Both the position numbers and the translations under genes were made by a program. The notes under the pieces are model-generated. The model was not told the origin of the DNA. It searched no databases and saw only the letters and a list, made by a program, of their open reading frames with translations. From the NCBI RefSeq assembly GCF_009914755.1, contig NC_060928.1: DNA of 64,000 nucleotides. One strand, written 5' to 3'. Each line of letters opens with the position of its first letter. Positions within the stretch are counted from its first letter, which is position 1. Positions 1 to 13,000 of this stretch are shown in pieces. This stretch comes from the human T2T-CHM13v2.0 reference genome, Homo sapiens.

Positions 1-34
1 AATAAACATATTTTTTAATTTAAGCGATTGAATA

Positions 35-61
35 GTGTGTGTGTTTGTGTGTGTGTGTGTG
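35..61. repeat. (TG)n microsatellite
   Basis: Interrupted gtgtgt run seen directly. Confidence 0.9.
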
Positions 62-990
62 AGATTATCTCAATCCAGTAGAGCAGCAAACATATGTCTA
101 GTACAATTTAATAAGCCTTTTTGTTACATAAGTAAACATCAGACTTTGGCTCAAATAGAAATGAGCAAAAGGATTTGCACAATTCTACCAATACTGCATA
201 AATGTTTATTTTGATGAGTTCTGGGCTACTTTTTAAAGTTTTTTTTTTGTTATTTTGATGAGGTTTTGGCTCTTTGGGGGCATATTAATTATATTATCTC
301 ATTACACATTTTTAGAGGATTTTGGAAATTAGGAAGCACAACAAGCAGATGAACACAGGTGGAGACACCATGAAAATACTTACCAGGTGACTTCCCTGAG
401 TGCAGTCACAGGCCCATTTTCTCCCATTAGAAATTAGAACTTAGAAAATCCTGTACAACAGAGATGGCAAACAGATGCCGGACACATGTGGTTCTCCTTA
501 AGAATGATCTTCTGTGGGGTGTTCTCCGTGCTTCTGACAGTCCTCTCTGTGTGTTCCCTTCTGGGATCCCTTAGATTAAAGCATGCTCCTCGAATTCTCA
601 GTGCAATGACAGAGGGGAAGGTGGGGGGATAGAGAAAGGGGCATGAGAGGGTGTGGCTTTTGGAATAAGGGATTGGCACTAGATTTCTAACTCAGATTCT
701 GTGTCCACCTATGGAGAAAGCCACAAACATTCAGGTCAAATTCTGGTGACAGTCAAAGTTAGTAAACTTTAATTCTTCATTTTACTGCTTTCTGTGGTTG
801 GAGGGCACAAAAAAATTCTGTTTCTCAAAATTCTCAAAAAAAGTTTTAAAAATTAATTATATTATTAGGGAAGGTGATGGTAATGCCTAACTCTGTTTAA
901 AATGGGACATCTGTACAGATGTTTTGCTGACAAGTGGGTTTATCAGGTTGACAATGTTAAGCTCAAGCAAATATAAGAAGCTTTGTCTCA

Positions 991-1432
<442 letters not shown>

Positions 1433-1524
1433 TCATTTGTGTCATATAGTCTCTGCTTCTGAGATACCCTCACCCACATTCCATCAATCTAATAACTTTT
1501 CAAAAGAAAAAAACTCCATTACAT

Positions 1525-1620
1525 TTAATATGCATATTGACTGTATGGTAAATCCTGATTTTAGAAATGTTGTAAAGTGGTAGGAAAGAGGAGGGAGAAG
1601 TGCATCTTAAAACTGGGGTA
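1525..1620. mobile_element. Possible Tc2/mariner-type DNA transposon remnant (MER104-like)
   Basis: cctgattttagaaatgtt...gtgcatctta resembles the MER104 end as I recall it; highly diverged. Confidence 0.3.
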
Positions 1621-1699
1621 GGAAGATACATACTTGAAGAGAGTCTCTTCTAATTGATTCAGTCAAAAAATGGCATGTGCGTTAAGGATGTAGATCTCC

Positions 1700-2060
1700 T
1701 AGAACCTGACGGCAGGAGGTATAGAAAAGATTTCTCAAGAACTAGGCAGTCAGCAGGCAGCCAATATTTTGAGTTCTGGTGATGTCTACTCTGTATATCT
1801 GTTTGGTTCATCTTTCTACAGCTCTTCCTATCCGTGACCCTTAACTTCTCCTCCTTCAGAATTTCAGCATGAACTTTTCATGCTACCAACTTTGGACTCA
1901 AAATTTGACTGTTTCCCACTGCTAATAGACTTATTCTTAAAGTACTCCAACTACAAAATTCTGCAGGAGGAATCTAATGGGCTCAGCTTGGGTATTTTCT
2001 CTTTGTCCTATCAGGTTTGGCCACAGAGTTTGGTTGCCTAATAAAAACATGGGCACATGC
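1700..2060. mobile_element. Possible old MaLR (MLT1-type) LTR remnant
   Basis: gggctcagcttgggt...cctatcag...tggcca motif resembles MLT1 LTRs; boundaries uncertain. Confidence 0.3.
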
Positions 2061-3789
2061 GCTCACTTCACAGGGTATAGGTGGAGCTAGAGTCTCTTAA
2101 TGTGGGAGGGGACATAAGTATTATAATTGCATAAGAATCATGGATGTGTGGGGAATTTTTCAAATCAATAGATATTGGAGGTAAGTGAGAGACACTCATA
2201 GGCAACTTGGCTTATATGTGAGAATGACCAAAATCTTCACGTTTATCTAACTTGTGACTATTGTTTTAAGTTGTGAGGCTGTATCCTCAAGTGACCTATA
2301 AACTAGATCTGCCAACCAAAATGTCAGAGATTTAAAATGACAAGATATTGGATTCATGTAATATACAATTTATGTGACACACTCTTTTAACTAAGGTTTT
2401 TACTTAATGCAAGATATATAGCGAAGAGATCTTATGTTGCTTGTCAAGCGTCAGTTGTCAGAATCCTCTTAGAAGGCAATTTGGAAAAGTGTAATCAAGA
2501 GCTTTAATGTGTCCATAACTTCATTTTGAATTTGGTTTAAGACTTATTTGAGCTGGTTATATAGTTGGTGCTCAATGAAAGCTTGTTGAGAGATTAGTTT
2601 ACACTTTATTTGCTTTTTACATCATGTTCTTTTATGTTTTCCTGTTTAACCTGCCTTACAGTCTATGGCATATCAGGCTTGTGTTTGAACGTATAGAACA
2701 ACATTTGTGAAAGCAGGTTAAAAAGTGTGCAAGCAATTTGTACAACTGAACATAAATTTCTTGAAAATGGAGTTTTGTGTCCAAGTTGGCCAGGTTTATA
2801 ATGTGAGCTTTAGGACATGATGACTGAAGGCAAACTTGAAGAAAGGGCACCGATGAGAGGTTGAGGTTTTATTTTCTACACTCGAGTAAAATTTGATCGT
2901 CCCAGAATTTTCTTGGTCTGGCTCAACTCAATGTCATCTGCAGCCAGAACTCATCCCCTCACCCAGTGCTTAAGAGGCCCATTTCTTTCCTTAACACTGG
3001 CTCTTTGTCAGTAGTTGGAGAGAAGACCGTGTAGCATGACATATCTTTAATGCCATAGGCTTAAGAACTCCTCCCCTTTCCCCACACACACTCCCACATG
3101 TTTTATGACATTCTACTTTAAATTCAGCCATTGCTATAGAATTTTAACTTACAAAGTCTTCCAAGGGTGAGGTCACATGTTGGTCCTTCAGGGGCTAGTA
3201 CAGCAGGATTCTGGATGTTACTTTATTGACTTGCCCAAAAGTGGTCCTGATCTCGAAGAGAATTTGTCATCATATATTCTTGTTGCAAGAATCAAGATGT
3301 AGATCATTCTTTGTTTACCTCAGGACTGTTGTTCCAAAGGCAACTGTGGGGACTGGTGAATGCCAAGATTCTGCTTCCTCATTGTAAGCAAGCTCAGGTG
3401 GACTGCCACCTGTAGTTTGTCACGAACTAGAGAAATCTATGTAGAAATTTCCATACTTTGAGGGTGTGCAGATGTGTATGCATAGTAATCATATTTTTTT
3501 CTTTGACATGTTGAATTTAGATGCTTTTAACACAGTGTGGAAATTCATCACTGAGTAGAATTCAGTGTTGACTGTGAAATCACTTAAAATAACTTTTAAA
3601 ATTCAGTATTAATTGAATTGAGGGGTTTTGTTAGGTTTCTGAGATCCAAGCCCATCTTTAACAACATCTGTCAATGCCAGCTATATTTGATGGGTTTGCA
3701 TGATCTAGCTAAAGAATGTTTTACAAGAGGTTGCTGAAGATCTCATACATATATACCTTCTTTTCTCATCAAGACTCCCCTGCCTTTTC

Positions 3790-4337
3790 TAGTATTTGGT
3801 GGCACAACAGGGTGGCTAGAGTTAACATTAATTTATTGTATATTTTAAAATAACTAAAAGAGGCCAGGTGTAGTGCCTCACGCCCGTAACTGCTGCATTT
3901 TGGGAGGCTGAGGCAGATGGATTGCTTGAGGCCAGGAGTTCAAGACCAGCTTGGGCAACACAGTGAGACTCCATCTCTATAACATCTCTATAAAAAATTA
4001 AAAACTTAGCCAGGCATGTTGGTATGCGCCTGTAGTCCTAGCTACTTGGGAGGCTGAGGCAGGAGAATTGCTTGAGTCTGGGAGTTCAATGCTGCAGTGA
4101 GGCACCACACTCCAGCCTGGGTGACGGTGTCTCTAAATGAACAAACAAATAAAATAATAACAATAATAAAAATAACTAAAAGAGTGGAATTAGAATACTC
4201 CTAACACAAAAAAATGATAAATGCTAGAGGTGATGGATACTCCAATTACCCTGATTCGATCATTAGAGACGGTATGCCTATATCAAAACATCACATATAA
4301 TATAAATGTATGCCACTATTATGTACCAATAATAATT
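3790..4337 (+). mobile_element. L1MA-type 3' end fragment, interrupted by an Alu
   Basis: gaggtgatggatactccaattaccctgattcgatcatt...ctattatgtaccaataataattaaaa typical L1MA 3' UTR and A-tail. Confidence 0.8.
3862..4168 (+). mobile_element. Alu, AluJ-like
   Basis: gaggccaggagttcaagaccagc...ggcaaca diagnostics; perfect TSD aaaataactaaaaga (3847-3861 / 4169-4183). Confidence 0.93.
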
Positions 4338-4689
4338 AAAAATTAAAATTAAAAAAAGGATTCCCATAACTGATTGCTACAAGTTAAGAGTTTTGGGGTC
4401 TAGGGAGAACTGAGAGAAGGAATAGGGAAAAAAAGACAAAGATTTTGTCTGTCTGGATTTTGAAACAAAGTTTCTAAGTAGGCCCATGCAAAAAAGTCAA
4501 CTTAAAGTTAAATTGAGGTACTTTAATTTATACTCAATGTTCACATTATAATTCTAACTCATTTCCCAGGATTTCCTACTAAAATTTGTATTATCTAGGA
4601 ATTGATGGTACAGTGATCAGATGATCCTTCTAGTCTCTAGTCCTTTTGAGGCCCTACAATATAAAATCATTTCCTCCCAAGGCTAAGGG

Positions 4690-5025
4690 GTATTTGTGGT
4701 GTATTTCCTTATTCCAGGCTCTTCAGGGTTCCAGGAAGTCCCTGTGTCTCTTTGTCCTAGAGCTCTCATAGAACTCCAGACGGATCTGGCTGCTGGGTCA
4801 TGATGCAGAATGCTAACCTGCAGGGAGGGAGAGGCGACTTCCTATTGCCCGCCTGCTTTTATTGTCAATTCCTAAGTTCAACAACAAAGAGGAACTTCCG
4901 CCCTGTCCCTGGACCTCACATTTTCCTGGAAAAGAAAGCTTCTGGCACTGGTGCACACATTAGGCCAAGAGGAGCCTGCTTTCCTTGACTTTTCTGATAA
5001 TCAAAGGTGCAAAAAGGGACCACAA
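4690..5025. promoter_or_regulatory. Candidate enhancer: STAT/ETS/RUNX motif cluster
   Basis: TTCCAGGAA 4729-4737, TTCCTGGAA 4923-4931, AAAGAGGAACT 4886-4896, ACTTCCT/ACTTCCG, TGTGGT and ACCACA in unique sequence; motif evidence only. Confidence 0.4.
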
Positions 5026-7429
5026 AGCTTTCCCGGGGAATCACTGAGGCAGAGACAAATCTGAATTGCTCCATTCATCTCCTATTGTTCAAGGTCAAGA
5101 TAATAAGATATACCATACCCTAATGCCACCTGCACATGCAAAGTACCCTCAGCCCTACATTCTGCATTGAGAGTTGTGTGGAAGCAACAGGAAAACAGTG
5201 GAAAGTTAGGAGAGAAAAAAATTTCTCAAAATCAATATGCCATATCTTTCAATTTTGCTCAAGTAAATAGTTTTGAAAAAGGTAAATGTCTTCATTTTTT
5301 CCTGCCAAGGGCAAGGCGTTTCAGTTTTTCCTTTGTGGTGGATGCAGGAAGAGACAGAGGAAGCGCCAGTGTTTAGCCTGGAAAATTGTTAAAAATCTAT
5401 ACTTAATGTTATTATTCTGTTACCATGCAAAGTTGTATGTAACAGAGAAGGTTATACTTTATCTTAATTGCTTGGTAAGCCATGCAAATAACTAAAATTC
5501 AAAGAAGGATTTATTAATGTATAAAGCTATATGGTTTTTCCTTTTATGTTTATTTTGCTTACTTATTTGACTTTAACTATTGTTCTTACATAACATTTTA
5601 CATATAAATATAAAAACACCTTTTGTATATGAAAAGGCTATTCTCTGGAAATTTTCAAATTAATGCTTTCCTGAGTTTTCTACTTAGCAGAGAAGAGCCC
5701 AACAAAAATTCTGCAAAGCATTTCTTTAACTTGCGTTGGCTGTGATTATATTTATAATGTTTACTTACTCTTCAGTTAAATGCATTAAACACTATTGTTT
5801 CAGTGACCCTTGCTGTGTCAAACTGTTATTTCTGGCATTTCATATAAGCATGAGATCAAGAAGAATAGAAAACACCAAATAAATTTCTCAGCAGGAATTC
5901 TAACTTCCCTTCTCCTATATGATCACACTTCTGATTTCCATGAAGAAAGAAAAATCTTAGAGGCAGATAAAATCATCTGAATTTTGCTCTCATTTTTGCT
6001 CATGGCTTTTAGAATACTAAATATGTAGTATTCTATACCATAGTGGATAGTTTTGTATGGTAGATGCTGACTATAAATGTTCTTGGCTTATACAGAGGAA
6101 GTGATCCTAAAATAAAATATATTTTAATTCCTGAACTTATGCTCTCTCTAAATCCTTCCTTATATAATTCTTCTACAGGAAAATAAACCACCATGATATC
6201 TTATTTCTGGAACTCTCATTGTCTGGTACTTTCTAAATTTTGATGTCTGAATGTCTTTAAAAATGTTTAATCATCATAATGGATAAAACAATTGGAGCAG
6301 TCTGACATTGTTTATCTTCGTGAGGTTGAAAAAATTCAAAAATAAATTGTTTGTATAGTGCTGAAAATGGAGGTTGGGATTAAATTGACCTAAGGTTAAT
6401 GATAGGATGAAGATCAACTGTCAAGCAGTGAGAAAATGCTATAGCCTTGGCAATAATTAATGTTAAACAATGGCTGGAGTTCAGATTATTGTAATGAGAG
6501 ATGATATGCTATTCTGACTGTCCAGAGGTCAATGTTACTTGGTTTCCTATGGTTAGGGGTAAATAAGGAGGACTTTCTAGTAAAAACAGTGTAACTGGAT
6601 ACGATGATCCTGCAGCGACCCAAGGTTCATGGGAGACATTGTTTGTATGTATAAAAGGTTTATTAAATATGTAACAACCAATGTTTTATGGAATTCAGTG
6701 CCTGAATGAGGAGTGATGGGGGTGGGGAGGTGGAGCCACGGAGGTGTTTATCTAGCTGCAAAAAATAGACTAAGATTATATTTTCCAGAGTCCCATATGT
6801 TGGCTATTATACTGTAATTCTAATGAATCTTTTCTGAATCTTTCGTTTTTTGAATGGCACCATTCTTCCCATAATATATCATCAGTTGTCCTTGCTCTGA
6901 TAATGTATTACATTAATATATCATTAAAGCAGCAGATATATTAGAGTAATACATTATTAGAACAAAGCACTCTGGTGGTGATATATTTTGCAAAAGATGG
7001 CTCCATCTTGGCAGCCCAGGTCCAGAAGCAGAGTCAGTTCAACAAGACAGAAGGTGAATCCATGTCACATGCTCTTTAGCACCTGACATTTGGCTGCAGC
7101 TGTAAGATGCAACCCAAGTGTAATGCACATTCCAGTTTCTATTGGACCACTGGTCCTTCATCAAAATCCTTGAATATGGTGAGTCATTTCTGAAAAAGAA
7201 ATAGAGTGGAATATGAGTCTTGTCTGAGAGAAGATTGTTTGTAGGCAATGAATTGTCCAAGACTTTGTTGTTTCTGGGAAGTCAGGTTCATCTGCGAGGG
7301 CCTACCTAAGTCCCTGGCTGGGGTGGCATCTGCACCATTTGCCATCTGAGAGTATCAGCTGTGTTTGCTTTCTCCACCATCTCACTGCAGGAATTACCCA
7401 CTGTTGAGTCCTTTAACTTGGAATAAGTT

Positions 7430-7522
7430 TTCTTTCTGCATATGGACATTCAGTTTTCCCACACCATTATTGAAGAAACTGTCCCTTTCCCAATTAATGT
7501 TCTTGGTACATTTGTCAAAGAT
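7430..7522 (-). mobile_element. Short L1 ORF2 fragment
   Basis: gcatatggacattcagttttcccacaccattattgaagaaactgtcc matches the antisense L1 ORF2 seen in other copies in this window. Confidence 0.75.
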
Positions 7523-7699
7523 TGGAAGATAGGTTTGTTTAATGGTTTATCTGTCATCACCTTCTCTTGAAAATTGGTTTAGGATTTCAGAATAGGTAGA
7601 AAGTTGAACCTCCAGGGCCTCTGGGTTACCTCGGGGATGTTGACCTGTTTACATACAGATAGGGCCATAGCCAATGCCGTGGCCAGTGTCGGGATTTGT

Positions 7700-7755
7700 A
7701 TCATGTTATAGCTATCTATAGCTATAACAAAACTTCAATCATGTTATAGCTATCT
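7700..7755. repeat. Micro direct-inverted-direct repeat (18-bp direct copies, 12-bp palindrome)
   Basis: atcatgttatagctatct at 7700 and 7738; tgttatagctat-ct-atagctataaca at 7704-7729. Confidence 0.9.
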
Positions 7756-9229
7756 CTGTGCAGAAAATCAGATTTCTTTTTCACTGCCACCTATCGCAGC
7801 TACAAGGCTTAATCTACAAAACGTCCAAGGAAATGAATAGAATATTTATAATAACTCAAAGGTAGGCTGGCTAGAAGCTGCAATTGATGGGAAGAACTTC
7901 ATTAATCATGATGCAGGTGAGGAGGGGAATAGTACTCCTTTCTAGGTAGTGACCTCTTACATTTGAATGAGCCTGAGAGAAAGGGTCATTCATTTAATTC
8001 TTTCCCTTTCAGAGTCCTCTTACAGCTGTGAAGTTATTATGCTCCTTCCTCCCTCCCCAGAAGAGTAATAATCACCTGCTAATAAGAGCCTGCCTCAGCA
8101 GCCAACACCTAGAGAAAGTAGCCCCAATATAGAGAATGGCATCCCAGAGGGACTTCCCTCTGGCACTTGAAGGAAGGATTTGGAAGTGTTCAAAGGAGGA
8201 GCATAATACTTGCTAATGTGTTTTTACAGTAATTGTGACTATTTTTTGTGTCTTTTTCCTGGACTTTTGGTATGTGTTTGTTAACTCACTGGCCATTTTC
8301 TAAGTGGATGACTGAGATAAATAGGTGGATCTATTCTTTAATAGGTGGGCTATTCCTTAATAGATTGCCAGATAGACCAGGAGAGGGAGGTAGAGGAGAA
8401 CTGCTGATACACCTGGAAGTCTGTTACAAAGCAAAATAGACATGAGTTACACGCCTGAAAGGGAAAGAACTTTGAGTGAGGCTCATTTTTAAATGGCAAC
8501 AACCTCAAACAGAAGACACAGCAACAGGTTTGTAGGAAGAGACAATTATCTCACTATGGTCCCATTGTGTGTGTATTTACCAGTGACCTTGCCACTGTCA
8601 CTCAGTACTGGATAATTTGAGAAATAACCAGGTGCCATTTTTAACCTTTCACCAGAATAGACTCAGTCCCCACAAGGACACTAATATATCCAGTCCCTGA
8701 AGTACCACAGATTAATACATTGATTTTAAATATTTTATAAAATGCACTCATCAAAAGGCTAGAAGCATATATCCATCAATTGAAAATTAAACAGTCAAGG
8801 CAAAACAATACATACACACACATACACACACAAAAGAACTCAAGCACGCCATCCATTACTAAGAACAAGGCCATCAACAGGAGACCAAGGAAAGACAAAC
8901 AACTTACATCAGGCCCGCAAGTAAAAGACATTTATCAGCCCACTTAATAATGCTTTTTGACATTTAAGAGCCTGTTTCTATGTGGTCCTGTACCAAGAGG
9001 GATTTACACATACATACTCTTGTGCATTCTCAGAGTTTATATTCTAAAAAAGGCAGAGTAAAGTCCACTTAAGACTCCCTAGCAAGCTGCACTAATAGGA
9101 AAGTTATTTTTAAAATAAAATTAATATGGGTGTCTTTGGGGGGTTTTATTATATCAATCTGAATTTAGAAGAAAGATGAATTAGAAGGTCCCATTATATG
9201 AGTACGCAATGACTTGCAGATATTACAGA

Positions 9230-9800
9230 GGGGAGAACAAATGATTTCCCACTTCCTAGGGCAATTTGACAATGCATATTTAAAGCCTTGAGATTTTTCA
9301 TTCCCTCTGTCCCAGAAATTCCACTTACAGGAATTTATTTTAAAGACACCATCATACAGACTGCAAAGATTTAACAAGAATATTAATTTCAAGTGGGGCA
9401 TGCTGGCTTATACCTGTAGTGCCAGCACTTTGGGAGGCCAAGGCAGGAGGATTGCTTGAGGCCAGAAATTTGAGATCACTCCAGGCAACATAGTGAGACC
9501 CTGTCTCTACAAAAAATAGAAAAAATTAGCCAGGCATGGTGGCACACACCTGTAGTCCCAGCTACTTGGGAGGTTGAGGTGGGGGGAGTCACCTGAGCCC
9601 AGGAGGTCAAGGCTGCAGTGAGCTGTGATTGTGCCCCACCGCACTCTAACCTGGGTGAAAGAGCAAGACCTATCTCAAAAGGAAAAAAAAAAGAATATTA
9701 ATTTCAACATTATTTACAATAGCCCAAACTTTTAAATAGTGTAAATGTTAGAAAATACAGGATGATTTCAATTTGTTATAAAACACCAATATAGTGGAAG
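9230..9800 (+). mobile_element. Old L1 (L1ME-like) fragment hosting an Alu
   Basis: ggcaatttgacaatg...cccagaaattccacttacaggaatttat...cattatttacaatagccc resembles the L1 ORF2 3' region. Confidence 0.55.
9393..9690 (+). mobile_element. Alu, AluJ-like
   Basis: ggaggtcaaggctgcagtgagc diagnostic; perfect 17-bp TSD aagaatattaatttcaa (9376-9392 / 9691-9707). Confidence 0.95.
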
Positions 9801-11428
9801 CCTAGACAAGGCTCTAAAAGTGACAATGAAGAATAATTAAAGACATCATTGTAAGATGGAAGAAGAATGCTGCAGCACAGTATTTTTTTTTAACTCTTTG
9901 GTTCAGAAAATTATGCACACAAATATCCTTAAATGCATGCTCTAATTTATTTGTACATGTAGATAGGGAATGTCTGCAAGGAAATACATCCAAATATTAA
10001 CAATAATTACCTCTGTGTGATCCAATTATGGATGATTTCATTTTATTTATGCTTATTTGTAGTAGCTTCATGTTATAAATGCAACCATTTAAAACTGGTA
10101 AAACACACAACAGTGGGTAAAAACAAGTATCAGTCTGGTTGAGGAGGGGCATGGCAAGGAGATAAAGTTGGAGATGTAGGTAGAAGGCAGAAGAGCCTTG
10201 AATGCCAAGCTAAGAAAGGAGACATCTTTCTCCACATGTGACATTTTTTATTGGAATTATGTATATTTGAACTGCTGCTATATAAAATATTATCAGTCTC
10301 ACTTTATGTTCAAAACTGGAGATAACTTGAATCCTCCACTCTCAATTCAAAAGCCTTCATCAAGAACCACACACTATCAGAGCTGGTAGGATGAGTGGTG
10401 AGAAGCTTTGTGGGCCCTGTGGCCACTCAGCAGCGCCCCTTAGCCACCTTCACCCTCTGTCAATGCCTGGTGAACCACAGCTGTTTACAGGCATGAGAAT
10501 GTCTGTGAGCGATCTGATGGCTTCGCTTCAGTTATTGTAACATTTGCTGCTGTTATAATTTAAGATCCTCTTTATATCCTACCTATAATGCTGTAACAAG
10601 GTCATCCAGGAGTTCTTTAAGTGTTAGAACTGTAAAACACTCAAACGCTCAAGAAACTCGGGGACTTTAGAACAGAACTTAGATGTGCTAAATCTCTATT
10701 GAGAAGGCCAAATCACCACCACAGTGTTCTGTACTGTTAATTTAAGAGAAAGCACTTCAAAATATTAGAGAAAATACAGGGAAAATAAAAAGCAGCCTTA
10801 AAGCAAATATATGTTACAAGGTTTGCAGATTTATGCACTCCAAGATTGCATTCTCCCTCCTGCACACACTTTATATTCAGTCCTGTGGGAAAAGTAGGCT
10901 TGAATTATGTAAGTTTTGAATTATATGAGGTATCCAGAAATGCATTCTTTGCGTGAAATGCAACCATCTTGTATAATGGGGGTGGAATGGGTTGAGGGTG
11001 GAGGTGGCAGATGGAAGACAGAGGGGATGCTGAAAAGAGGGTGACTTGAATGTAGGACTTAGAAGCCTAGGTAGGCTTCTACTCAACTTGGGGGATGAAC
11101 TGGAGGGAAGAGAAGATGGGGCCTCAAGAAAAGGGTGAGAAGGAATTAAAACTGGCTGAAGGAATGAACACAAGGCACTAGGGGAATCAATTTGTATGGA
11201 TCATGTGGCTTAACTTTCACAAGCTGTGAGGCATTATTTCTTCTTGGCAGCAAGAAAAACCAATCAGAAGTCCCAGAGAGGCATGCCTGGAAAGACTCCT
11301 TTATTTATTCATCAGTTTGTTTTTCATTCTTTTGATTATTCCAAATGAAATTTTTAATGATGACTGTAATGTATGCCTAATAAAACAGAAGCTCAAATAA
11401 TGATGAAGTGTTGAAAATACAAAGCAAA

Positions 11429-11765
<337 letters not shown>

Positions 11766-12662
11766 TCATCATCCAACAAATCTCACCTCCCACCCTTAAA
11801 TCCTGCTCTTCAGAGATAACCAGTTAAGCATTTGGTTACTAACTTCTAGACATCCTTACACATATAAATGGCTCATTCTATAGCTACTGTTTGGTAACAT
11901 GCTTTTCCCTCCATGCAATCATATGTTGTGGATACTGAGCCATGAACCACCAAATCCTTTTTTAAAAAATTAAAACACTTTATTTTTAAAAGAAATTTTA
12001 GGTTCACAGCAAAATTGAGTGGAAAGTATGAGAGTTCCCATAATAGCCCCTGTCCCTTCCCCACTCCACTCCCAATTTTTCTCAAAACTGACATACCACA
12101 ACATAGTGGTACATTTGTTACAATCATTGAACCTACATCGACACAACATTATCATCACCTAAAGTCCATAGTATTTGTTAGCGTTCACCCTTGGTGTTGT
12201 GCGTTCTACACATTCGGACAAATGTATAATGACATGAGTCTACCACTGGTGTATCACACAGGTAGTTTAGCTGCCCTAAGAAGTCTCTGTGCTCTGCCTA
12301 TTTATCCCACCCTCCTCACTAATCTTTTTACTGTCTCTTTAGTTTTTTTTTTGCCTTTTCTGGAACGTCATATACTTGGTATCATACTGTATGTAGCCTT
12401 TTCAGATTGGCTTCTCTCATTTTGTAATATGCATTTAGGGGTTATCCGTGTCTTTTTCCGGCTTAATAGCTAGTTTCTTTTCACTGCTGTATAATATTCC
12501 ATGTCTGTATGTACCACGGTTTATTTACTCACTCATTTACTGAAGGACATCTTGGTTGTTTCCAAGTTTTGGCGATTAGAAACAAAACTGCTATAAATAT
12601 CAGTTTGCAGGTTTTTGTGTATAAATGTCTTAATTCATGTGGGTAAATACCAACAAGTATGA

Positions 12663-13000
<338 letters not shown>

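Noticed and set aside
2063-2186. Possible plus-strand exon (cacttcacag ... gag/gtaagt)
   Set aside because: Weak polypyrimidine tract and no partner exons; such site pairs arise by chance.
8603-8699. Short terminal inverted match cagtactggata / tatccagtccctg
   Set aside because: Only ~9 bp perfect, no TSD; could be a decayed MITE or chance.
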